Assembly (NCBI GenBank): GCA_040386535.1
Contig: JAZKFH010000005.1
Coordinates: 38,058 to 102,057, forward strand
Length of the DNA stretch: 64,000 nucleotides
From: Myxococcota bacterium
GTDB lineage: Bacteria > Myxococcota_A > UBA796 > SXON01
Reading direction: 5' to 3'
Shown here: positions 10,108-19,921 of the stretch, piece by piece
Position numbering within the stretch: position 1 is the stretch's first letter
Layout of the letters: every line of letters starts with the position of its first letter
Position numbers and translations under genes: made by a program
The notes under the pieces: model-generated
The model's database searches: none
What the model was told of the DNA's origin: nothing
What the model saw: only the letters and a program-made list of their open reading frames with translations

Positions 10108-11099
10108 TGGCCGGCCCCGTCGGCGTCCCGGGCGGCATCCCCGTCGGTGTCCGGCCACGCGGCCCCCTGCTCGGCTACGCCCTGTTCGCCGTCGCCGTCG
10201 GCGCGGTGTGGGCGCTCGACGTGTACGCCGTCCCGTGGACCGACCCGTACCTCACCGACATCGTCATCCGCATCGGCATGGCGCTGCTGGCCGTGATGGG
10301 CCTCGCGCTCGTGCTCGGCTTCACGGGTCAGTTCAGCCTCGGCCACGCAGGGTTCATGGCGGTGGGCGCCTACAGCGCCGCGATGATGACGCTCCACTCG
10401 GGCCTCCACCCGATGATCGGCGTGCTCGTGGGCGGGTTCGCGGCGGCCCTCGCCGGGGTCGTGGTGGGGCTCCCGAGCCTCCGCCTGACCGGCGACTACC
10501 TCGCGGTCGTCACGCTCGGCTTCAACGGCATCATCATCGTCGTCATCCAGAACACCGCCGTGCTCGGCGGCGCCGCGGGCCTCACGGGGCTCCCCGTGGC
10601 GACCACCTTCGGGTGGACCTTCACCTGGGTGCTCCTCGGCGGCCTCTTCATCCGCAACCTGCTCGCCAGCGCCCACGGCCGCGTGTTCGAGGCGGTGCGC
10701 GACAACGAGATCGCCCTGCGCTCGCTCGGCGTCGACACGACGAAGGCCAAGGTCACCGCGTTCGTGATCGGCGCCTTCTGGGCAGGCATCGCGGGCGGGC
10801 TGCTCGCGCATTACCGCGCGTCGATCTTTCCCAGCCAGTTCCAGTTCGAGCGCTCCATCGAGCTGCTCGCCATGGTCGTGCTCGGCGGCACCGGGTCCCT
10901 CTCCGGGCCGCTCCTCTCCGCGGCCGTGCTCACCGCGCTGCCCGAGCTCCTCCGGCCCGTCGCCGAATACCGCATGGTCATCTACTCCCTGCTGCTCATC
11001 GGCATGATGATCCTCCGGCCCAAGGGCCTGCTCGGCGGCAAGGAGCTCACCGACCTGTTCCGCCGGCGCCCCGCCCCGGCCAAGAAGGCGGCGGCATGA
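10107..11099 (+). CDS. livM: Branched-chain amino acid ABC transporter permease
   Basis: TGATG coupling with livH; GFTGQFSLGHAGFM..GAY, LRLTGDYLAVVTLGF, MVVLGG.GS. Confidence 0.93.
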   Translation: MAGPVGVPGGIPVGVRPRGPLLGYALFAVAVGAVWALDVYAVPWTDPYLTDIVIRIGMALLAVMGLALVLGFTGQFSLGHAGFMAVGAYSAAMMTLHSGLHPMIGVLVGGFAAALAGVVVGLPSLRLTGDYLAVVTLGFNGIIIVVIQNTAVLGGAAGLTGLPVATTFGWTFTWVLLGGLFIRNLLASAHGRVFEAVRDNEIALRSLGVDTTKAKVTAFVIGAFWAGIAGGLLAHYRASIFPSQFQFERSIELLAMVVLGGTGSLSGPLLSAAVLTALPELLRPVAEYRMVIYSLLLIGMMILRPKGLLGGKELTDLFRRRPAPAKKAAA

Positions 11100-11875
11100 C
11101 CCTCCTCGCGCTCGAGAAGGCCGGGATCCGCTTCGGTGGCCTGCGCGCGGTGTCCGACCTCGACCTGTCCGTGCCCGAAGGCGCGCTCTACGGCCTCATC
11201 GGACCGAACGGCGCTGGGAAGACGACGGTGTTCAACCTCATCACCGGTATCTACCTGCCGACCGAGGGCGACATCCGCTTCCAGGGCAAGACCCTCGTGG
11301 GCCTGGGACCCACGCGCATCGCCGCCGCCGGCATCGGCCGCACGTTCCAGAACATCCGCCTGTTCGCCGGCCTCTCCGTGCTCGACAACGTGAAGGTCGC
11401 GTTCCACCGGCACCTGCACGCCACGCTGTTCGAGGCCGTGCTCCGGGCGCCCCGCTACCTCGCCGACGAGGCCCGTGCGGAGGACGAGGCGCGCAAGCTC
11501 CTCGACACCTTCGGGCTGCTCCCGATGGCCGATCTCGGCGCGGACAACCTCCCCTACGGCCTGCGCCGTCGGCTGGAGATCGCGCGCGCGCTCGCGACAA
11601 AACCCAAGCTCCTCCTCCTGGACGAGCCCGCCGCCGGCATGAACCCCTCCGAGGCCGAGGAGCTCATGCACCTCATCCGCTGGGTGCGGGAAACGTTCGG
11701 CGTCACCATCCTGCTCATCGAGCACCACATGGCCGTCGTCATGGGCATCTGCGAGCGCATCACCGTGCTCGATCACGGCGCGCGCATCGCCGAGGGCACG
11801 CCCGACGAGATCCGCAAGGATCCCGTGGTGATCGAGGCCTACCTGGGCACGGACGTGCACCAGGAGACCGCGTGA
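11096..11875 (+). CDS. livG: Branched-chain amino acid ABC transporter ATP-binding protein
   Basis: ATGA overlap; FGGL.AV, GPNGAGKTT, RTFQN, LLDEPAAGMN, IEHHM, VIEAYLG. Confidence 0.93.
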   Translation: MTLLALEKAGIRFGGLRAVSDLDLSVPEGALYGLIGPNGAGKTTVFNLITGIYLPTEGDIRFQGKTLVGLGPTRIAAAGIGRTFQNIRLFAGLSVLDNVKVAFHRHLHATLFEAVLRAPRYLADEARAEDEARKLLDTFGLLPMADLGADNLPYGLRRRLEIARALATKPKLLLLDEPAAGMNPSEAEELMHLIRWVRETFGVTILLIEHHMAVVMGICERITVLDHGARIAEGTPDEIRKDPVVIEAYLGTDVHQETA

Positions 11876-12612
11876 GCGGCGCGGGGACGAACGCCCCTCC
11901 GAAGAACGCCCTGGAGGTCCGCGGGCTCGACGTCTGGTACGGCCAGATCCACGCACTCCACGGGGTCGACCTCGATGTCGAGCGTGGCCGCATCACCACG
12001 CTCCTCGGCGCCAACGGCGCTGGGAAGACGACGCTCCTGCGCACCGTGTCCGGGCTCGTGAAGGCGAAGGGCGGGACCATCAGCCTCGACGGCGCGCCGA
12101 TCACGCGTCTCGAACCCCACAAGATCGTGTCGGCGGGCATCTCCCACTCGCCCGAGGGCCGCCAGGTGTTCCCCAACCTCACGGTGCGGGAGAACCTCCA
12201 GCTCGGCGCCTGGATCCGCACCGACAAGGCCGGCATCGCCGCTGACGTCGACCGCATCGTGAAGATCTGGCCCCGCCTCGGCGAGCGCATGGCGCAGCTC
12301 TCCGGCACCCTCTCCGGCGGCGAGCAGCAGATGCTCGCGATCGGCCGCGCGATGATGTCGCGCCCCAAGGTGCTCCTGCTGGACGAGCCCTCCCTGGGCC
12401 TCGCGCCGGTCATCGTCGCCGGCATCTTCGAGACCATCCAGGCCATCAACGCCGAGGGCGTCACCGTCCTTCTGGTCGAGCAGAACGCGCACCTCGCGCT
12501 CCGCATCGCGCACACCGGCTACGTCCTCGAGACCGGCAGCATCAAGCAGTCGGGCCCCGCCAAGGAGCTGCTCGACGACGACGCGATCCGGGCCGCCTAC
12601 CTCGGCGGCTGA
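11872..12612 (+). CDS. livF: Branched-chain amino acid ABC transporter ATP-binding protein
   Basis: GANGAGKTT, PEGRQVF, LSGGEQQMLAIGRA, LDEPSLGLAP, VEQNA. Confidence 0.93.
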   Translation: MSGAGTNAPPKNALEVRGLDVWYGQIHALHGVDLDVERGRITTLLGANGAGKTTLLRTVSGLVKAKGGTISLDGAPITRLEPHKIVSAGISHSPEGRQVFPNLTVRENLQLGAWIRTDKAGIAADVDRIVKIWPRLGERMAQLSGTLSGGEQQMLAIGRAMMSRPKVLLLDEPSLGLAPVIVAGIFETIQAINAEGVTVLLVEQNAHLALRIAHTGYVLETGSIKQSGPAKELLDDDAIRAAYLGG

Positions 12613-12647
12613 GCGGGCGCGCCCGTCCCTGAACCGACGCGAACGGG

Positions 12648-15086
12648 CTACCGCCGCTCGGCCTCCGGATCCTCGGAGGGCACCTCGCCCACCCCGCCGT
12701 TGGCCGTGGCGGCGTCGTAGGGGTGCAGCGGAGGCAGGACCGTGATGGTGCCCACCTCGTAGCGCTCCCCGCCGCCGTCCATGGCGATGGAGCCGTCCCC
12801 GTAGCGCTCCCAGCCCACCGACACGCGGGCAGGCCCCGGGCGGGCGTCGGGCGGGAGGAACACGCGCAGATCGTCCTCGACCGCGAGGCCGGGGGTCCAC
12901 TGGAAGGTGGGCAGGCGGCCGTCGAGCGGCGGCAGATCGGTCACGACGGGCTCGCCCGCCGTCTCCACACCGGGGCCGTCGAGACGCAGATCCACCCGCC
13001 ACGCCTGCGCGAGCTCCTGGTTCGTGCGCCACCGGCACCGGATCCAGGCGGCCTCGGCCGGGAGCACCTCGGGGGTGAGGATGGTGCAGCCGAGGAGATC
13101 CATCTTGCCGGCCCACGTCGCCACCGCGGGACTGTCGTCCGGGCGTTGCATCGCGTCCAGCCGGCGCGCCTCGAGCGCCTGGTAGCGCCCGTTCACCCGC
13201 GCCCGCCACGACCGCATGTCCGCGCGTGCCGACGCGAGCGCCTCTGCGGGCAGGTCGGCGCGCTTGTCGTCCTTCTCCTTCGGGTCGGTCCCGAGCTCGA
13301 AGTGTTGCATCGGCGAGTCGCGGTAGTGGTCGATGATCTTCTTGTCGCCCGTGCGCCGCGCGAGGCAGCGGTGGGACCGCCAGCACGAGTGGAACAAGGT
13401 GCGGCCCTCCTCCACGGTGTCCAGGAGGCTCGCGCCCGGCAGCCACCCGCCCTCGGCCTTCACGCCGAGCAGGCCGAGCACCGTCGGGACGATGTCGATC
13501 TGCTGCCGCGGCCCCTCGATGACCCCGGTGCCGTCGAGCACGCCGGGCCCGTAGAGCACCATCGGGATCTGCAGCCCCTCCTCGTAGATGACCAGGTCGT
13601 GCATGCTCCGCGCGTGTTCGCCGAACGCCTCGCCGTGGTCCCCAAGGAAGATGAACAACGTGTTGTCGGCGAGCCCGGCCTCCTCGTAGGCGGCGACGAG
13701 CTTGCCGACGAAGTCGTCGACGTAGCGCACGGCGTTGAGGTACTGCACCTGCCGCGCCTTGACGCCCGGGTACAGCTCGTTCTTCCAGTACGTGGGCGTG
13801 CCGTAGTCGTGATGCGAGGTGAGCGTGAGGTAGGCCGCGAAGAACGGCTGGTCGCTCTGCTTGCTCCACCCGACGCCGGGCTCGATCATCGCCCGCTCTT
13901 CGATGCCGAAGTAGTTCACCTCCTCGAAGGGCCCGCCGCGGAGCGTGTCGCGGGAGCGGAACAGGTCGAACCCCATGCGGTGCACGAGCGCGCCGCGGTT
14001 CTCGAAGCCCTCGTCCGCGGTCTGGAAGAACGCGCTGCGGTAGCCGAGCTCGGCGAGGAGCCCCGGGAGGCACCGGTCGGGGAGGCTGCCGGGACCGGCC
14101 TCGCGGATGTCGGAGACGAGCTGGGGCCAGGTGCCGCACATCGTGGTGACGATGGCCTTGGAGGTGTGCGGGACGACCGCGTAGGCGTTGCGGACCCAGC
14201 GCCCCTTCTCGGCCAGCGCCGCGAGGTTGGGCGTGGTCGCGTGGGTGGGGTTGTACACGGAGGTGCTCCGCGCGCCCATCGACTCGAGCAGCACCAGGAC
14301 CACGTTGAACGGCGGCCGCCCGTCCGGCGAACGCACGAGGCGGATGGGCTCGAGCTCTTCGGGCGAGGGCGGGATCGTCTCGTCACCCAGGCGCTCGAGG
14401 CCGTCCCACCAGAGCTGCTCGATGAGGCTCGGTTGCAACAGCCGCAGGTCCTTGCGGGGCCGCGGGCGGCCGTCCATCTCCAGCACGATGACGGGCAGGA
14501 GCAACAGCAGCGCGGTGCGCCCGTAGGAGGGCGGGACGCCCCGTAGCCGCACGAGCGCGGGCGAGAGCCCGAGGAGGACTGCGGCGAAGAGCGCGCCAAG
14601 CTGCCACCACTTCACCTCGGACATGAAGACCGGGGCGACCTGGGCCAGGTCCTTCAACGCGAAGGCGAGCACCTCCACGTCGGCGCGGCCGCCGGTCACG
14701 AAGTAGAACGTCAGCTCGGTGATCGAGAGGACCAGCAGGAAGGTGCCGAACGCGGGCACCCCGAACCGGGCCACGAATTGCACCCGGCGCGGCATGTGAC
14801 GGATGGCGAGCGCGCCGATGAACGCGACGAGGCACCACGCCTCGATCTCGCCGAAGAGCACGCGCCAGAGATCGGTGGGTGTCGACTCGGGCACGAGATC
14901 GTGCGCGATCCAGACGCGCGCGAGCATGAGCGGCAACAGGCCGATGACGCCGGTGAGCACGGCGGGGCCGAGGTCCTCCGCGCGGGGCACCAGGGCATCG
15001 AGGAAGCGGAGGACCCCGCGCAGGGTCCCGCGCGCACGGACGGCGACAAAATGCAGGCGGGAGCGAGGCTCTACGGGTGGGGACAT
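12648..15086 (-). CDS. LTA-synthase/sulfatase-family membrane phosphotransferase
   Basis: N-terminal TM helices; NVVLVLLES, PHTSK (Thr nucleophile position), TLTSHH, FLGDHGE, IPM, QIDIVPT. Confidence 0.85.
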   Translation of the reverse strand: MSPPVEPRSRLHFVAVRARGTLRGVLRFLDALVPRAEDLGPAVLTGVIGLLPLMLARVWIAHDLVPESTPTDLWRVLFGEIEAWCLVAFIGALAIRHMPRRVQFVARFGVPAFGTFLLVLSITELTFYFVTGGRADVEVLAFALKDLAQVAPVFMSEVKWWQLGALFAAVLLGLSPALVRLRGVPPSYGRTALLLLLPVIVLEMDGRPRPRKDLRLLQPSLIEQLWWDGLERLGDETIPPSPEELEPIRLVRSPDGRPPFNVVLVLLESMGARSTSVYNPTHATTPNLAALAEKGRWVRNAYAVVPHTSKAIVTTMCGTWPQLVSDIREAGPGSLPDRCLPGLLAELGYRSAFFQTADEGFENRGALVHRMGFDLFRSRDTLRGGPFEEVNYFGIEERAMIEPGVGWSKQSDQPFFAAYLTLTSHHDYGTPTYWKNELYPGVKARQVQYLNAVRYVDDFVGKLVAAYEEAGLADNTLFIFLGDHGEAFGEHARSMHDLVIYEEGLQIPMVLYGPGVLDGTGVIEGPRQQIDIVPTVLGLLGVKAEGGWLPGASLLDTVEEGRTLFHSCWRSHRCLARRTGDKKIIDHYRDSPMQHFELGTDPKEKDDKRADLPAEALASARADMRSWRARVNGRYQALEARRLDAMQRPDDSPAVATWAGKMDLLGCTILTPEVLPAEAAWIRCRWRTNQELAQAWRVDLRLDGPGVETAGEPVVTDLPPLDGRLPTFQWTPGLAVEDDLRVFLPPDARPGPARVSVGWERYGDGSIAMDGGGERYEVGTITVLPPLHPYDAATANGGVGEVPSEDPEAERR

Positions 15087-15109
15087 TCTTGACACGAGAC
15101 TCGAGATAG

Positions 15110-16120
15110 ATGCTCCCCATGCACCTGCTCGTAGGGAACCCCACCGCGCAGTCCGGGAAGAACGCGGAGCGTATCGGTGAAGCGCGAAGGTTGCTCGATC
15201 GTCACGGCGTCGCGCACGACTTCCTCTCGACCACGCCCAACGGAAAAACGGTCGCGGACGTGGCGAAAGCGCTTTCCGGAGATCAATATGCGGCGGTGAT
15301 CGCGATGGGGGGTGACGGCACCTTCGCCGAGGTCGGCCGGGGGCTGCTGAGCAGCGGGCGGCGGGTCCCGATGGCGCTCCTGCCCACCGGCACCGCGAAC
15401 GACCAGGGCCGCTCGTTCGGCATGTACGCCGCCGAGCGGTTCCTCGAGGAGAACGTCCTCACCGTCGCCGCCGGCCACACCGTGCCGCTCGACGCGGGGC
15501 GGGTCACCGCCTACGACTTTCTCGACACCGAGATGGCGACCGACTGGTTCTTCGACAGCCTCGGTTGGGGCATCTCGCCGAAGATCCTGCGCATGCGCAA
15601 CGAGGATCGGCGCCTCGTGTCCGGCATCCCCATCGTGCGCGAGCTTTACCGGGATCAGCTCGTCTACGCCGGCGCGGTCTTGCGCGCGCTGCTCCAGAGC
15701 TACGTCGAGGTGACGAAATTCGAGGTCGAGGTCACCACGCCCGACGGCACGGTGTTCCTGGACGGGCTGACGGATCTCGTGTTGAAGAACACGCGGGTCT
15801 ACGCCGGCTCCTGGGTGTTCGACGAGACCTCGTCGCCCGAGGACGGGGAGATGGAGCTGGTGCCGTTCCGCGGGCGCAACGAGTGGATCGGCCGCGCGGT
15901 CGTCACGCTCGACGGCCTGCCCATCCACGAGCTCGATCCCGCCTTGCCCCCGCTCACCCCGATCATCCGCGCGCCGTGGTTCCGCCTGCGCGTGCTCGAC
16001 CGCCCGGGCGGCGTCGTGGAGGCGCAGATCGACGGCGAGGAGTGGGTGGCGGCGTCGTCCTGGCGCATCGACGTGGAGCGCCACGCGATCGATCTCGTGG
16101 TGCCGCGGCCCCCGGAGTGA
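15110..16120 (+). CDS. Diacylglycerol/lipid kinase family protein (DAGK_cat; YegS/DgkB-like)
   Basis: NP..SG, GGDGT, LPTGTAND, NTRVYAG, QIDGE. Confidence 0.9.
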   Translation: MLPMHLLVGNPTAQSGKNAERIGEARRLLDRHGVAHDFLSTTPNGKTVADVAKALSGDQYAAVIAMGGDGTFAEVGRGLLSSGRRVPMALLPTGTANDQGRSFGMYAAERFLEENVLTVAAGHTVPLDAGRVTAYDFLDTEMATDWFFDSLGWGISPKILRMRNEDRRLVSGIPIVRELYRDQLVYAGAVLRALLQSYVEVTKFEVEVTTPDGTVFLDGLTDLVLKNTRVYAGSWVFDETSSPEDGEMELVPFRGRNEWIGRAVVTLDGLPIHELDPALPPLTPIIRAPWFRLRVLDRPGGVVEAQIDGEEWVAASSWRIDVERHAIDLVVPRPPE

Positions 16121-17646
16121 GCGCGCTTCCGGTGTGGATCGAGGTCCACGTAGACGACGTAGCGCTCGACGGGGCGCCGTTCTGGCGCGCGGGCGAGCGC
16201 TGGGCGGACACGGCGGCGGCGCTCGACGCGCTGGGCCGGCGCGCGGAGGCCACCGGCGGGCGGCTCTCGTTCCGGGTGCGCGAGACCTTCGCCGAGAGGG
16301 ACCGCGGCGGGTTCCTACGCGGGCTCGTGGCGCGCGGGCACGAGGTGGGCTGGCATGCCCACGGCAAGCGGCTCCGCGCGGCACGGGACGCCGTGGTCAA
16401 GGCGGGTGGCACGGCCACGGTGGCGGCCCCGGGCCTCGTCCAGGTGGGCGCGAAGGGGCGGCGGGCCCTGTTGGAGGAGGCCAAGGCCCTGGGCGCGCGC
16501 GTCGTGACCGATCGGGTGGAGGAGCGCCTGTTCGCCTACCAGGGCTGGCTCGCCGACGAGCCGATCCCGGGGCTGGTGGGGCTCGACGTGTCGGTGTCGC
16601 CGTTCGATTGGGGCGTGCTCGAGCGGCGCGGGCGGAAGGTCGCACCCGGGAGGTTGGACGGCGAGGCGTTGTGGGCGCGGATCGTGGCCGCGTCGAAGCG
16701 CACGCCGCCGCCGGGCGCGTTGGCGTTCTTCGGCGCCACCTTCCACGAGCACGACGTCATGGGCCTCGACGGGCTCCGCGCGCTGGACCAGCTGTCGCGC
16801 GTGTTCGAGCGCCTCGGCACGCGGCTGCGGACGAGCGGGGCGATCGCGGGGGGCTACCGCGCTCAGGCAGAGGCGCCCGCGCGCCTGGGGCGGCTGGACC
16901 GCCTCCTCGGGGCCGCCCATCGGCTCGGCCTCCGCTACGAGCAGCGCCTGGGCCCCGCGCCGGAGACCCGCACCGTCGCCATCGGCGGGCGCTCGGTCAC
17001 GGCGCGGCGGGTGGGCCCGTCCGATCCGCGGGCGGTGCTCGTGCTCGTGCATGGCGGCGGCAGCGGGGTCGACCAGGGGCTCGCCCCCTTCGGCTTCGCG
17101 GAGGCCGCGCTGGCCGAGGCCGGGCTCGCCGCGTGGAGCTTCGCGCGGAGCGAGGGCGTGCGCCCCCCGGGGGACGCCGGCACGGTCGCGGAGACGAGGG
17201 CCGTGCTCGCGGCGGCGCTCGCGGAAGGCCATCCGGTGGGCCTCCTCACGTGGTCCGCGGGCGTGGTGCCGGCGCTGCGGGCGGCGCTCGACCTCGGCGA
17301 TCCGCGCATCGTCCTGCTCGCGGACGCCGAGGGCCCCGCGGACCGCTTCTCCCTGGTGCCGCCGGGCCAGCCGGACCACGCGCTGGCTCGCCTGGACCCA
17401 TGGGACGATCGCGTGTGGGCGGGTCGCGAGGCGGTCGAGCTCGTGAGCGCCTTCCCAGGCCGGTACCTGCGTCTCCAGGCCGAGGACGACCACGTGCACG
17501 GCCGCATGGCATGGCACGCCCGCCGCATGGTGGCCGCGGCTCGCGACGGCCACCTGAACGGCGACGGCACCCTGCTCTCCGGCCGCCTGGACGCGCACGG
17601 GGACGCGATCCTGGGCTGGATCGCGGCGGGGATCCCGACGGGGTGA
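16117..17646 (+). CDS. Hypothetical two-domain protein (NodB/deacetylase-like N-terminus plus alpha/beta-hydrolase-like C-terminus)
   Basis: GTGA overlap with the kinase; GHEVGWHAH, TFHEHD; LVHGGG, LLTWSAG, QAEDDHVH. Confidence 0.6.
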   Translation: MSALPVWIEVHVDDVALDGAPFWRAGERWADTAAALDALGRRAEATGGRLSFRVRETFAERDRGGFLRGLVARGHEVGWHAHGKRLRAARDAVVKAGGTATVAAPGLVQVGAKGRRALLEEAKALGARVVTDRVEERLFAYQGWLADEPIPGLVGLDVSVSPFDWGVLERRGRKVAPGRLDGEALWARIVAASKRTPPPGALAFFGATFHEHDVMGLDGLRALDQLSRVFERLGTRLRTSGAIAGGYRAQAEAPARLGRLDRLLGAAHRLGLRYEQRLGPAPETRTVAIGGRSVTARRVGPSDPRAVLVLVHGGGSGVDQGLAPFGFAEAALAEAGLAAWSFARSEGVRPPGDAGTVAETRAVLAAALAEGHPVGLLTWSAGVVPALRAALDLGDPRIVLLADAEGPADRFSLVPPGQPDHALARLDPWDDRVWAGREAVELVSAFPGRYLRLQAEDDHVHGRMAWHARRMVAAARDGHLNGDGTLLSGRLDAHGDAILGWIAAGIPTG

Positions 17647-17670
17647 CGCCCCCGGGCGCCGGGAGGGAGG

Positions 17671-17765
17671 GGGGTCAGGACCAGCGGAACCTCACTACTT
17701 TCTCGGCAAAATCAGGTAGTTGGCGGGCTGGCGCCACCGGCCGGGGTCAGGACCAGCGGAACCTC
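17671..17765 (+). repeat. Left repeat pair GGGGTCAGGACCAGCGGAACCTC, 72-bp period
   Basis: Identical 23-mers at 17671-17693 and 17743-17765. Confidence 0.9.
17710..17722 (+). promoter_or_regulatory. IHF-consensus site between the repeats
   Basis: AATCAGGTAGTTG matches WATCARNNNNTTR exactly. Confidence 0.5.
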
Positions 17766-17863
17766 GTTCCACCGCCGGCGCCTGTTACCCCGCCCCCCGT
17801 GCACCCCCGACTTGCGTCAGCCCCCTGCCGACGGCGTAGACTCTCACGACGCAGGAGCACCAA

Positions 17864-18787
17864 TTGGCCCGCTCTCCCCGCCTCGACTACCCGGGCGCCC
17901 GCCACCACGTGATGAACCGCGGCGCCCGCCGCGCGCCCATCTTCGTCGACGCCGCCACCGGCGCCCTGTTCCTCTCCGTGCTCGCGGAGCTCCCGACGCG
18001 TTTCGGCATCCTCGTGCACGCCTACACGCTGATGCCGAACCACTACCACCTCCTCTTGGAGTCGCCGCGGGGCAACCTCAGCGATGCCATGCGCTTTCTG
18101 GGCGCGGAGTACGTGGGTGCCCTGAACCGGCGCGCTGGGTGGGACGGCCCCGTCTTCCGCGGGCGCTTCCGGAACCGGGTGGTGGAGAACGACGACTACT
18201 GGCGGCACCTCCTCGTCTACCTGCACCTCAACCCGCTGCGCGCGTTCCTCGCGACTGATCCCAGCGACGCGCCCTGGTCGAGCCACGGCGCCTACATCGG
18301 TACGTCCGTCGCGCCGCCGTGGTTGACCACGAGCGACCTGCTCGACCTGTTCGGGGGCGCCGAGCGCTACCTGGAGGCGTTCGAGGCCGAACGGATGGGG
18401 CGGCGTACCGCGCCGGCAGACTTCGCGCCCGACACGCTCTGGCGCGCCCGCCCCTCCGCGCGGCTCCCGGCGATGGCGACAACCCCGCAGGTCGCGCTCG
18501 ACACGGCCGCCGAGCTCCAGCGGATCGCGGACGCATGCGAGGTGCCGCTCGCCACCTTGCGGCAGACCCGACGAGGCCCGCTCGCCTCCCGCGCCCGGTG
18601 GGTCGCGGCCTGGTGGCTGGTCACGACCCACGGCCTTCGCCAACGCGACGTGGCGGCGCTCCTCGGCACTTCCGACACCCAGGTTGGGCGGTGGGTCACG
18701 CGTGTCCCGGGCGAACACTTCGTGGATCCGGCGATGGCCACGTGGATGACAGCGTTGAACGCGAAGGTAGCGCCGCTGCCGCGCTGA
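17864..18787 (+). CDS. REP-associated tyrosine transposase (Y1_Tnp, IS200-like) with C-terminal HTH
   Basis: MAR.PR, HHVMNRG, MPNHYHLL (HUH), GPVFRGRF, YLHLNP (catalytic Tyr), PWSS; C-terminal DnaA-C-like HTH; AGGAG RBS before TTG. Confidence 0.92.
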   Translation: MARSPRLDYPGARHHVMNRGARRAPIFVDAATGALFLSVLAELPTRFGILVHAYTLMPNHYHLLLESPRGNLSDAMRFLGAEYVGALNRRAGWDGPVFRGRFRNRVVENDDYWRHLLVYLHLNPLRAFLATDPSDAPWSSHGAYIGTSVAPPWLTTSDLLDLFGGAERYLEAFEAERMGRRTAPADFAPDTLWRARPSARLPAMATTPQVALDTAAELQRIADACEVPLATLRQTRRGPLASRARWVAAWWLVTTHGLRQRDVAALLGTSDTQVGRWVTRVPGEHFVDPAMATWMTALNAKVAPLPR

Positions 18788-18891
18788 ACCGCTGCCCGCG
18801 CTGCATCGCCACGGTGAGGTGCACGCGGCGCCGGCGGCAGTGTCTCCCCGAGCTCCGCACCGGCGCGCCCCGCCCCCGCCGCTGGGGGTTT

Positions 18892-18986
18892 GAGGTTCCG
18901 CTGGTCCTGACCCCGGGCGACAACGCGAGATCGCCAAATGCGTGTAACAACACGAGAATGATTGGGGTTCCGCAGGACCTGACCCC
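18892..18986 (-). repeat. Right repeat pair (inverted), 72-bp period
   Basis: GAGGTTCCGCTGGTCCTGACCCC at 18892-18914 and GGGGTTCCGCAGGACCTGACCCC at 18964-18986. Confidence 0.9.
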
Positions 18987-19021
18987 TCCCCAGTCCCCCT
19001 CTCCAGGTTAGCCGAGCCCCC

Positions 19022-19921
19022 ATGCCGATCGTCGATCTCCCCGAGGCCACCCGGCTGCTCCGCGAGGGGCGGCTGGTGGGCGTGCCGACGGAGACCGTGT
19101 ACGGCCTGGCCGCCAACGCCCTCGACGCCGGCGCGGTCGCCGCGATCTTCACGGCCAAGGGGCGGCCCGCCGACCACCCGCTCATCGTCCACACCCTCGA
19201 CGATCCCGATGCCCACGGCTTCGCCGACGATCGCGCCCGCGCCCTCGCCGCCCTGTTCTGGCCCGGCCCGCTCACCCTGGTCCTGCCGAAGCGCCCCCAC
19301 GTGCCGGACGCCGTGACCGGCGGCCACCCCACCGTCGCCGTCCGCTCGCCCGCCCACCCCGTCGCCCGTGCGCTCCTCGGCCTCTCGGGCCTCCCCTTCG
19401 CGGCCCCGAGCGCCAACCGCTTCGGCGATCTGTCGCCCACCACCGCCGAGCACGTGCTCGCCGCCTTCCCCGCGCTCCCCGTGCTCGACGGCGGCCGTTG
19501 CGCCGTGGGCGTGGAGAGCACCATCGTGGACCTCACGGGTCCGGTCGCCGCGCTTCTACGCCCCGGGGGCGTGCCCGTCGAGGCGATCGAGGCGCTGCTG
19601 GGGCCCCTCGCACGCACGAGCCGCACCGCCGCGCCGGGCACCCTCACCGCCCACTACGCGCCCCGCGCCGCGCTCGTCGCCACCGCCGAGCCCGACGCCG
19701 AGGCCGCGCGCCACCGGGCCCTGGGCCGCCGGGTGGAGATCCTGCGTGCGTTGCCCTCCGAACGGTACGCCCACGCGCTGTACGACGCGCTGCGGGCCCT
19801 CGACGCGCGTGGCGCGGACGTGATCGTGGCAGAGTGGGCCGAACCCGGTGGCCTCGGGGACGCGGTGAACGACCGCCTCCGGCGGGCCGCCGCGACCAAG
19901 GAACCTCATGGGACTGCGTGA
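19022..19921 (+). CDS. tsaC: L-threonylcarbamoyladenylate synthase (Sua5 type)
   Basis: PTETVYGLAA, KGRP..HPLIVH, FWPGPLTLVL, AAPSAN, GVESTI, APG....HYAP, DRLRRAA. Confidence 0.93.
   Translation: MPIVDLPEATRLLREGRLVGVPTETVYGLAANALDAGAVAAIFTAKGRPADHPLIVHTLDDPDAHGFADDRARALAALFWPGPLTLVLPKRPHVPDAVTGGHPTVAVRSPAHPVARALLGLSGLPFAAPSANRFGDLSPTTAEHVLAAFPALPVLDGGRCAVGVESTIVDLTGPVAALLRPGGVPVEAIEALLGPLARTSRTAAPGTLTAHYAPRAALVATAEPDAEAARHRALGRRVEILRALPSERYAHALYDALRALDARGADVIVAEWAEPGGLGDAVNDRLRRAAATKEPHGTA

Larger units (their letters stand above)
17671..18986 (+). mobile_element. HUH tyrosine transposase element (RAYT/TIRYT-like) bounded by inward-facing tandem GGGGTCAG repeats
   Basis: Repeats at 17671 and 17743 (+) and at 18892-18914 and 18964-18986 (-) bracket a Y1 transposase ORF. 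Confidence 0.8.
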
